Part shown: positions 53,320 through 64,000 of the stretch, piece after piece
Numbering within the stretch: position 1 is the first letter of the stretch
How the letters are laid out: the number at the start of each line of letters is the position of its first letter
Assembly: GCA_951406725.2 (NCBI GenBank)
Contig: OX597817.1
Span: 20,894,001-20,958,000 of the forward strand
Direction: 5' to 3'
DNA: 64,000 nt
From: Octopus vulgaris
Lineage: Eukaryota
Program-made: the position numbers and the translations under genes
The notes under the pieces: model-generated
Databases searched by the model: none
What the model was told of the DNA's origin: nothing
Seen by the model: the letters and a program-made list of their open reading frames with translations, nothing else

Positions 53320-54750
53320 CCTACACTATCACCCCTTCAGCATGGACTACCATTTCCCTTTCACGGTCTCCAGTTTGTCACGAATAAACGAATCCCTTTG
53401 ATTTGATCTAGTTTCCACTCATAATCTGTGAACATGACAGGGCTCCACCATTTGGTGTTTCTACATCATTTTACTGCACTAATTCTTTTTAGAAATTAAC
53501 ATTTGTGGCACGAGGGTGTTTGATACCGCTGCCCTCATCTGCACTTCCTGCTGTGTAGTTGGTTCATTTTGGACACTTGACAGGAAGAGGTCCACTTTCA
53601 TTTTGAAAACACCTACATGCACCCCATGTAGGTCTCTGAGATCCTTCGGGAGGATATTGAAGCACCGTGGTCCCCTAAAGCCTACGCTCTTTCAATAACT
53701 TGCACTATATATTGATAGCGAAATTGTAGTCCTTGGCACTATGCAGTGGCGCCCTGTTCTAGCATTAGTGTAACTCTCTAGGGTCTTCTAGGCATATATG
53801 TTTGCATATCTTTCTCGCCTATGCTCTAAAGTATAAAGTCTTAATCTCTTGAGTCTTTCGCAGTAGCTTATATGCTGCATAGAGGCTATCTTCTTTCTGT
53901 AGCCTCGTTGAATTGCCTCACGTTCTGCAATTAATTTTTCACTGGTTGGTGATCATAGCTGAGAGCAGTTGTCAAATGGGCTTACGACCAGCGTCCTCTA
54001 GAGAACCATCATGGTTTCCTGATTTCTTGTTCTAAAAGTTCTAAGAATCGATCCGGTTTACCACCTGCATTTCATTGCTAGCTTTGCAACATGCACACAG
54101 AAGAATGCATCATTACTCATGTGATTGCCCAGGTCCCGCACTGAATGTGTCCCTGGAACTGCAATCCCTCCGGGCCCAGTGTAATGCATATAGTTTTCAT
54201 GCTGATAGTACAAGTCTTGAAGCTTTTCAGCATTAAACTGCATGCAATTCTTCTCAGGCCACTTCTATATTTCATCCATCTTACATTGCAGCTGCATATT
54301 GTCTTCATAGTTCTGCAGCATCTGCATAACTTGTGATCGTGGTTCTTTATGTGGCTGAGAACATATCTGAGAGGGCCATATGAACAGTAGTGGTCCCAAA
54401 ACAGTGTTTTGCAGAACACTGCTCACTATTTGCGTGTCATTGGAAGTGGCCTCATTGGCTACTACCACCTGCACCCTATCCTTCAGAAAGTCATATAGCC
54501 ATTCTACCAATTGCCCGACTAAGCTGAGATCACGCAGTTTGTGTCATTCCCTGATCGACATTATCGAAGGCATTTGCACATTTGAGTGGTTACACAGCTG
54601 TTTCAACACCCAGTGATAGCATTGTAAGAGCTGAATGAAGCAGCTTCTTCCCGGACGGAAACAATTTTGGGCGTCAGTCAGCAAGTCATTTTCTTCAAGG
54701 AAGGTGATTAGTTTTCTTCTGGTTATTCGTTCCATGACTTTGCTGATGTT
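53320..54750 (-). pseudogene. CR1-like LINE RT and 3' region, fragmented
   Basis: MERITRRKLITFLEENDLLTDAQNCFRPGRSC; WLYDFLKDRVQVVVAN...SSVLQNTVLGPLLF (SGVPQGTVLGPLLF-like); MQFNAEK...VRDLG; ERLKRLRLYTLEHRRERY near 53810-53860. Confidence 0.88.
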
Positions 54751-55751
54751 CGAGGTATTTCACTATGTTTTTTTTTTATCCTTCTGCCTCGCTATCCCCT
54801 TTCATGTTTCCTTTTCCACCATTCCAATTTCGACGGGATTTTTTCTAGTATCCAAAGAATGATCATTCCAAAGTATAATACACTTTAGATTTCCAGTCTT
54901 CCATAAACTTCAAAATAATGACATTTCTTTTAACATCTCTTGTTAACAGTGTTGTGTATTGTAATTCGTCTTCAGTATTTGCTTTTTCTCTCTCTCATTC
55001 TCTTTCTTTGCGCGCGCGCACACACACACACACGGGCGCACTTTCATCTGGTAGTTGGTTTTGATCATTGGATTCCAGCCACGCTGGTGCATCGCCGTGA
55101 AGGATCCAGTGAAACAAATCGCAAATCGATGCTTATATGCTTTATATATTGAGATATTGTTCTACAGGTATAAATCACCGAACCGTTCAATTAAGATTAC
55201 ATAAACAAATAAAATCTTGTTTCAAAGCGATGGTACTTGACAAACACTCGTATGCATGCGCACGCACACACTTGCACGTTCACACACACATACGACAGGA
55301 TTCTTTAAGTGCCCGCCAAGCAAGTTCATGTGCAAGCGGATGTACAAGAATCCATTCGACCATGTACCTATGAGTGCATATATGTGAATTTTAGAACTGT
55401 ATGTAAGAACAGTGGAGTACTTTGATTCCGAAACACAAGTTCCCAGATACATTTAGCCACATGTCATTGTCATTTTCTATAGCTACGGGTCGTCAGAAAT
55501 ATTTTACTGTAACAGTAAATGGTGAGGCATTCTTGTGCTAGAGTGTCCATGTCGCTCATATTAACAGAAAATCATACCGATGGTTGTTGCCATACATTGG
55601 TGAAGGACAAACACAGGCACACAAACAAAAACACAACATGCACACACGCTACATACACACATACACACACACATGCACACACACACACCACACAAACACA
55701 CACCACACACACACAAACACACAAACACACAAACATATTTCTTTCGTTCTT

Positions 55752-55784
<33 letters not shown>

Positions 55785-55893
55785 TTCTCTCTCTCGTTCT
55801 ATTATTATATATATGAGTTATGTCATATATAAAATATTTAAATTGAGTTGAATTTATAATTGTTCAATTTATTGTGTTGTTTTTCCATTTCTG

Positions 55894-55941
<48 letters not shown>

Positions 55942-56829
55942 CAGGATAAGATCATGTTAATAGTAATATCAAGTGGCAAGCATGAGATAAAACCTTGTGG
56001 GTAATTATACACTAACGTAAATAAATAAATAAATAAATATATATATATATATATATATCAATTATATAACTATATTAAAAGGATCATGAAATAACCTCCT
56101 CCAACATGCTATAAGAAGACAACAAAAGGCACTGTATTCTATGAAGAATAAATAATAAAATATTTTAGGTCCTGATCGAAATCGCGTTCCATGCTAGACT
56201 ATTTCGTTTGAAAATACGCGGCTGAAATGAAAAGTAAAAATTTGATTTTACTTTGATGCCTATATTTGCACTTGAACGTGCGCTTTGCTTCATATGGGTA
56301 TGTATAAATATCTCTGATTATGTGTCTTTGAATATTGGGCTGAGCATGGGAAATAAGCTATTTTTATTGCTTTAATCCCGAAATTAGACCCAATTCACGA
56401 TTTAGTATAAAGCTTTTCGTTTTCTCGCTAACAACCCGTGTTTTTGTAGGAGTTAACTGGCTTATACAGCCAGTATTATAGCATGTTGGAGCAGGTTTAT
56501 TTCCTGATCCTTTTAATATACTTACATAATTTATATATGTATATATATAATTATTAATTTTAGTATACATGTATGTATATATAGAAGTATATGTCAATAT
56601 ATAACGTACATATGTATTATTATTTCCTTTTTTTTCTTCTTATTCCTTCCTGTCAAAGAGCGTAGGGTCGAAACGTAATAGACGTTTCCAATTTACCCGA
56701 GCGTTAAACTAATACACTCTCGTGTTGTTCCTACATCTGGTATGTTTTTTTTTTAGGAAATTTGAACCACACACACACAGACACACTTATATATATATAT
56801 GTATGTATATATATATATATATATATATA

Positions 56830-56975
56830 TACGACGGTTTTTTCTTACCGTTTCCGTCTACCAAAACCACTGACAAGGCGTTGGCCGTTGCGAGGCAATA
56901 GTAGAAGATATTTTCCCGAAGAGCCACAACCGAGTGGTGGAGAAGCAAGATTTTTACCACACAGCTACGACTGCA
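56830..56975 (-). mobile_element. SINE family C fragment
   Basis: acgacgg...tttccgtctaccaaaaccactgacaaggcgttggcc...gaggcaatagtagaaga...ttaccacacagc. Confidence 0.7.
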
Positions 56976-57142
56976 CCTATGTATATACTTTCAAGCAAAG
57001 GAAATAATGAGAAGTGGCCAGTGGCATGAATTTGAAGAACATACAAAAATACCGTCATGTCAAATACCTTACAAGAGCTCTTGATTTATTGAAGTTATTT
57101 TCGCCTCAAGAAATTTTGTTCTGTTGTATCTGACATACCATT

Positions 57143-57257
57143 ATGTATGTATGTATGTATGTATGTATGTATGTATGTATGTATGTATGTATGTATGTAT
57201 GTATGTATGTATGTATGTATGTATGTATGTATGTATGTATGTATGTATATATGTATG

Positions 57258-57288
<31 letters not shown>

Positions 57289-57315
57289 CTATGTTTGTAT
57301 GTATGTATGTATGTA
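57143..57315. repeat. (GTAT)n tetranucleotide microsatellite
   Basis: Read directly. Confidence 0.97.
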
Positions 57316-57319
57316 GCTA

Positions 57320-57390
<71 letters not shown>

Positions 57391-57523
57391 GTCTGTCTAT
57401 CCATCTATATATATATCTATCTCTCTATCTATCTATTTATCTATTAATCTAGCTATCCATCTTTCTATATATCTACCTGCCTATCTATCTATATTTAGAT
57501 ATATACGTATGTGTAGGCATGGG

Positions 57524-57607
<84 letters not shown>

Positions 57608-60600
57608 TACATATAAGAGAGAGAGAGAGAGAGAGCAAGAGCTGCAAAAGTATGTTCACTCATATATATATATGTGTATGTATATTTAGCTGTGCGTCTG
57701 TATGTATATGTGAACTTGTATGTGTGTAAGTATGTACTTGTGCGTGCATGTGCGTGTTCCTGAATATCTGAAATATAATAGAAACCCCGCTTCAAAAACA
57801 GTGATCTTGTACAGATGCTTATCTCTTATTTATTTATATTTACGTCCAGTTCGTGATCGTCTTTCTATATTATGATATTGGATAAAATAGGTACTAAGGA
57901 AAACATGATTGGTCACTTTATTTTGTTCATGCATGAGCGTTTATTGCCATCCACTGCTGAGATTCACTTGTTGCATACAGAAATGTGCAATGGATCTAAT
58001 TCCTTATGTGGGAACACCATATCAGGTGTAGCAGCTATTTGAGTTGATATTTGAACACGGTTTACATCCACGAAACACACAATACATTTCGTAGAATATA
58101 GTACCTGAATTACCCATTAAGCTTCAATGTATTTCCGCAACAGTATATCTTGTTCTGCTAATAAATACTTTCAATCAATACCAAGAGTTAGAAGCCAGTC
58201 TACCCCAAATTACTACCTATCATTAAAAATAAATATTTGTCTGAACAAATATATAAGCTAAAGTATGGAATGACCTCGATCACAAGTCTTCTGGTTCATG
58301 GCTTAGTTATAACACTCAACAGTATTCAGAAATAATGTTTGCTACACTGTATTCGCCATTTTGTTCATGTTGATTTCAACATTTCAGCTGGCCTCTACTA
58401 ATTTTTAATACGTCAGCTACCAAATAGATGCTCCCTGTTTGGTACATATTATCTCACTTTTAAAAAGTTGGTAATAGATCTATTTTGCAAACACGAATAT
58501 TTTGAGATCATTGGGAAAAAAAATACGAGAAATTTCCGGATGAAATGATTGCCCAATCAAACATTTTCTAAGTGGGAAAGATTAATTGCCGTAAAGAAAT
58601 ATTGCAATGAAAGTATTGAACTGAATGTCTGTAGTAATAATTTCTTTACATAATATCAAACATTGCATTTCAGCAGTTACATTAAGAAGTAAGCATCAAA
58701 ACAAGACAATAGAATTTGAGCTGCAGCTTGCCATTAAACTGAAATCATTACTTGTATTAATATGGATTATTTGAAAGGAATTACCGTTAATGTGTTTTTT
58801 AATGGATGATATTTATGAAATAGATTTTTGTTAAAATCTTAAATGATTATATATATTTACAATAGAAATATATACATTTTTTAGTATGTATTAGAATATT
58901 TTGCTGTATCGCGTGGGGTAAGCGTTATATTTAAGATTTTATTGTATGTTTATTATACCAGAACAGCAATATATATATATCAGTAAAATATAATTCTTTT
59001 CGCGTGTATATTCTGCTATTTTTTGTGGTATACATGTAATGTTAAAATAGTATATATTCTCGATCAATAAGGTGTTAGACAAAATATCACATGGTTTTTA
59101 GTTACGTTTATTAATCACCAGAATTAAATGTTTTCTCTTATAAAATGTTCTTTTGCGATAGCTAAAATTGCTCCAGACGGCAGCACAGACAGACACACAC
59201 ACACACACACACAGACACACACATAGACACACACACACACACACATACACACACACATGACAGTATTATTATCATCAAATGCACATTTTAGTATACCAGC
59301 GAAAGACTTGTACAAGAAGGGAGCAAGTGGGTTTCTGCATTAACCGACTGCCTACAGAATTTGACTAATATCGTACTCCTCTGAAATAAAACCTGGTTTC
59401 AATTTTTCAATTAAGCACCAAAACGCTTCCACAAACACACACAGAGCACACATATACACGCATGCTGCTATACCCGTGCTTACACGAATAGGTAAGCGCA
59501 TATGCATATAGAAGTATATACATACACGCTTACACGAAGAAATATATACGCACAAATATTTATTTGCATACACACATATATACGCGTAGAAACCATGTTG
59601 ACGTTAAACCAAATAAACTTTACAGGGAGCAATGCAATGATAAACAGATATTACATGCTATCCCAGACCAATAAGTGCCATGGATGATAAAGTAACGACA
59701 GAAAAGAAATAAATATTGATGCACTATTAAACTGCAGCGATAGGTGTTTTTAAATTTCGTGCTGCAAATCCAGATGCACTTGTAAAACAAAACATTGCGT
59801 GTATAATTTTCATTTCACGAAACTGTACTCAAATCGCTGCATGTCTACACCAAAATTATTTTTATCGCCGTCATTAATACTATCATTATCATTCCCATTA
59901 TCATATCACCAAATGCGTTAGCGGTAGCATCATCATAATCACCATCACCATCATTCTCGTAATCGTCATTATTATTTTATTGCGCTATCACCCAGGATTT
60001 CAAATGTTGCGCGCAGAGGGACGAAGCTGTTCTGCACACTCTTATCGTGCACTAGAGTATTTCTAACTAGAGTGTTTATGTTGAACACCTGCTGTCAAGT
60101 GTGAACGAAACTGGCTATCAGCTTAGTCCATTGGGAAAATAGCCCCGCCGTCTTTTGTGCCGGTAAGGACAGGATGCATTACTTTTCCTGATAGCTTTAG
60201 CGAAAGAGGTTGTGTACTGGGCATAACTGAAAATATTGCAGATAGACAGTTTCCTCTTTGGCCAATCCCTCATCAACTGTTTCAAGTTTCACTTAAAAAG
60301 GAAAGTGAGAGGGAATTTCTTCCCTAGACCATCAATTTTTTAAAAGGTGGGACAATGTCCCAAGTGTAGACAAAGTTGGACAGGATTATTGGGGATTTGT
60401 GGGGTTTCCACGACCATTCCTATGATGTATACCTCTTTTGGAGAATATTGTTGTTATAATAGATAATTTTCCATTGTTTATACGACTTGCATGTAACTCT
60501 ACATTCTATTCACCTGTGCTGCCCACCAAGAATTTTTTGATGTAAAAACTTTGTGGTTAACTCGATATTGGCACAACGCAAACACAAAAAGATGCCATGA

Positions 60601-60769
60601 CAATGTGGCAAGAATAATCCATTGGCTATGTGGAAATCACCGCCTACGAAAAGCAAAGTCGTAGTATGAGCAAACTCCAGACATAGGGAAACCAAAACAC
60701 CAAACAATCTTAAAACCAGAAAAAAGAACAGATATTATCTGACTAGTAGGGGAAGGCATTGCATGGTAG

Positions 60770-61560
60770 ATTGCTTCACCTTATTTTGTAGTCTCTTTTC
60801 CACATTAGCTCTTTTCTCAACTTTCGCTCTTGGATAACTAATCTTCTGGTGACCACTACTCTTCCTGCATAAATTAATAAGTGTGTGTCTTCTCTATATT
60901 TACTCTCTTTCCTCCTGATAATAGAATCTACTTTCATAGTGATTTTTAGCAGCTTCCTTCTGTTGTTGATTTTTAATGCTGGCAGTCTTCTTCTTATTTT
61001 TTTACTCATTACTTCCTGCAACACATCGAAACTCTTCTGATCTTCCGCATTTAAATCACTTAAGTCTCTGATGCCAATTTTCCCTTTTGTATTTTAAAAA
61101 TATTATTAATTCGTCCTTTAGGTTCTTCTTTGGTTTAAGCTGTTTCTCTTATGTTGGTGTCTGTATTTTCTACTGATTCGTCTTACTTTTCCAGCTCTTT
61201 TGTGATCTACTTCCAATTTTGTCATCTGTGTTCTTCTCCTAATAAAAATTATCTTGATCAACTAATCTGTGCTCAGTCACTTTAAACATAACCTTCTCTA
61301 CTCAAAGAGCATACACCTGTTTTCTATAGCCCCTTCTTTTAGATTCACTTTCAAAGTAGCACTACATCATTATCCTCTACTCTTCTCTAGCCCATTTCCT
61401 CCTGTATTAGGATGAGAACTTTGGTCAGACTGCATCCCTACATATTAAGAGAACGTCTCGCGCTCGGCAGTGATCCCTACTGAATCACTGCCGAGCGCGA
61501 GACGTTCTCTTAATATTCTAGCTTTATTTTTGTTACAACCATAGTTTCATCGAAAACTCA
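60770..61560 (-). pseudogene. N-terminal fragment of an older RLE-type (R4/Dong-like) LINE ORF
   Basis: Minus strand RRKWAREE*RIMM*CYFES...GYRKQVYAL*VEKVMFKVTEHRLVDQ (about 61255-61405) and ORF 60776-61024 (RRRLPALK...THLLIYAGRVVVTRRL...WKR) resemble the N-terminus of RLE LINE proteins. Confidence 0.65.
61442..61516. repeat. Perfect 33-bp inverted repeat with 9-nt loop
   Basis: atattaagagaacgtctcgcgctcggcagtgat-ccctactga-atcactgccgagcgcgagacgttctcttaatat. Confidence 0.97.
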
Positions 61561-61945
61561 GGTTTCTCACAAACGAAGGTAGGTAACGTTCGTCACCATC
61601 GTTATCACCTCTATTGTTTTTCGACATCTGAAAGATTCAGGCAACATTCTCTTCTGTCCTTTGTTGTACCTGTGCGCTGGCTGGGTGGTGTGTGCTAGAT
61701 TTTTTGGTGGTGATGGTGGTTGTTACATTGTATTGTATCAATATGTTTTGTTATGGCGCTTGCTTTGAATCTGTATTAGTTTTTGTATTGATTATTCTTT
61801 GTGTAACTCAGGTTATGTTCTTCTGTCATGTATCGGCCTTCTATGGACCATGTTGTGGGTGCTGTTCATTTTGTCATGTATTTAGAGTATAAGATTATTC
61901 TTGCATATTTCTGGGACATGTTGTATAGTAGCGTGTGTAAATGAT

Positions 61946-62262
61946 AAATCAACTATTTCATAGAATTTATGATTATCTGCCTGCCGATCTTTTTCTTTTG
62001 GTTAGTTTTCCTATGGTTTCCGTGTTTCCAGAGTTTCCATTTTTAACCGAACACCGCCTATGGACATGTATTGATGTTTCTTTCGTACTTATAAATACTA
62101 TTATTATTATTATTATTGATGTTTCGTCAATCAACTATTTCATAGGAGTTAGGATTATTTGCCGCTAGTCTTTCTCCTTTGGTTAGTTTTGTTATGGGCT
62201 CGGTTTTAACAGCGTTTACATTTTTAACTGTATACTGCCCATGGATATATGCTGATGTTTCT
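61946..62262 (+). repeat. Diverged ~135 bp direct duplication
   Basis: aatcaactattt..catag...gattat...tttggttagtttt..tatgg...catttttaac...atgga...tgatgtttct at about 61946-62082 and 62128-62262. Confidence 0.75.
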
Positions 62263-62619
62263 TATGATTACAATTATTATTGACGCATGAGCGAGAGACT
62301 GGAAAGAAACAGTAGTGTGTATATATATAGAGAAAGATCTTTTATAGATATGAATGTATATATAATTAAAATATAACATTTAGAAGTTTACTCATAGGTT
62401 TGCAGTTTTCGTATAGACATGTTTTTACATTTTTCCGGACATCTTGCTGTAACGCATTTTCTGAGGGAAGCTACTTTCTCATCTGGAGGAAGATATTTCC
62501 ATGTACTCCATATAAGAAAAAAATTCTTCAGATGGCTTACATTTAGATATGCTTGTCTTTCATTTCTTTTACGGATACCGAATTTCTGCTTCGTTATGGT
62601 TTCAGATTTCATTTATATC

Positions 62620-62643
62620 CTTCTTCTTCTTCTTCTTCTTCTT

Positions 62644-62710
<67 letters not shown>

Positions 62711-62737
62711 CACTACCACCACCACCACCACTACTAT

Positions 62738-62809
<72 letters not shown>

Positions 62810-62901
62810 CTCTTCTTCGTCTTCTTCTCCTGCTTTATCTTGTTCTTGTTCTTTTTGTTGTTGTTATTATTTTTCTTCTTCTTCCTCCTCTTCTTCTTCT
62901 T

Positions 62902-62982
<81 letters not shown>
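62620..62982. repeat. Compound trinucleotide microsatellite (TTC)n-(CTA)n-(CCA)n-(TTC)n-(TTA)n
   Basis: Read directly; the terminal (TTA)n is the tail of the adjacent LINE. Confidence 0.95.
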
Positions 62983-62983
<1 letters not shown>

Positions 62984-64000
62984 GGTAGTTTTATTTTTAT
63001 AGCGTGCTTTCACTTCACTACCGAGCGCAGCTCTGTGTGCCTTGGGTATGTGCTGTGATTTGTTGTGATGCTCTGATTGTTATTGTATGGAAAGTGTTCT
63101 GCGTAGGATATGTGCAGTGCCTAGTAGTGCAATTTTCTGTATGTTATATGTGTTTGTAAGTCCTGGTGTTTTTGTTATGTATTTGTCTGAATATTTTTTT
63201 ATCATGCCTAATGCACCTACTATGATAGGAATTGTTTCTGTTTTCAGATTCCACATTCTAGTTACCTCTATTTCCAGGTCTTTGTATTTTGAGAGTTTCT
63301 CCATTTCTTTTAGAGACACGTTGTCATCAGCCGGTATTGATACATCAATTAGAAAGCATTTTTTTCTTCATGATCTCTGACAACTATATCTGGTCTGTTG
63401 GCCTTAATTTCTCTATCTGTGTGTATCGGCATATCCCAGAGTATGGTTGCTTTCTCGTTTTCTGTGACCTTTTCTGGTGTGTGCCTATACCATCTTTTTT
63501 CTGTTGTTATTCCATAATGTTGGCATAGCTTCCAATGTATGTAGGTTCCAACTCTGTCATGTCTGTGAATATATTCCTTCTTAGCCAAGACTGGGCAGCT
63601 AGAGATAATATGATTTATTGTTTCTTGTCCATCTCCACATATTCTGCAGTTACTTGTAATATTTCTTTTCATTACATGTTTTTGGTAATTTCTGGTGGGG
63701 AGGCTTTGGTCTTGTGCTGCAATTAAAAATCCCTCTGTTTTTGTTTTGAGTCCTGAGCTTCTCAACCATTGCTGGAGTTTTTCTTTGTCTATTTCTTTTG
63801 CGTTTAGTTTAGTGCAGTATTTACCATGAAGGGGCTTTTCTTGCCATCGTTCTATCATGGTTCGTTGCTGTTCTATTTTTAGTTTGGATTTCATTTGTTT
63901 TATAGCTTTTGTTGTTTCTTCATCTTCTTCTTCTTCTTCATGTTTATTAGGTGGTATGATTTCTTGTTTGTATTTGTCAGCTTCCTTAAATACTGAGAAC
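62930..64000 (-). mobile_element. Second R4/Dong-type RLE LINE copy (3' part; continues past the window end)
   Basis: ORFs 63349-63894 and 63080-63319 are nearly identical to 29039-29853; same 3' UTR and (TAA)n tail. Confidence 0.95.

Noticed and set aside
56645-56690. Hammerhead-like gtcaaagagcgtagggtcgaaacgt
   Set aside because: The CUGANGA core and stems I/II are not intact; at most a dead relic.
62388-62612. Minus-strand 74-aa ORF as a Penelope C-terminal remnant
   Set aside because: Only a vague resemblance (FFLIWST...RCP); not enough to call.
62419-63058. Poly-L, poly-Y and poly-T ORFs
   Set aside because: Read-through of a compound trinucleotide microsatellite.

Overview
AT-rich, repeat-dense eukaryotic (animal) non-coding DNA; the SINE families and the density of (TA)n/(CA)n microsatellites suggest a cephalopod (Octopus-like) genome (inference). 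I found no convincing host protein-coding gene, and most long ORFs are microsatellite read-through. The window holds fossils of many mobile elements: mariner and Tc1/IS630-like DNA transposons, two near-identical young R4/Dong-type RLE LINEs sitting in (TAA)n tracts, CR1- and RTE-type LINE fragments, Penelope-like GIY-YIG elements with hammerhead-ribozyme motifs, an internally deleted Helitron with both termini, and three tRNA-derived SINE families. The most unusual locus is a ~2.9 kb higher-order array at ~30.67-33.60 kb. It contains six copies of a 36-codon cassette resembling the N-terminus of a CRESS-DNA/circovirus-type HUH Rep (motif I, CFTLNNY). Each cassette has a conserved leader with a TATA-like segment, the cassettes are separated by AAAATTTT-rich spacers, and two blocks of 32-bp tandem repeats accompany them. 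All identifications come from manual reading and motif recognition; no database searches were run.
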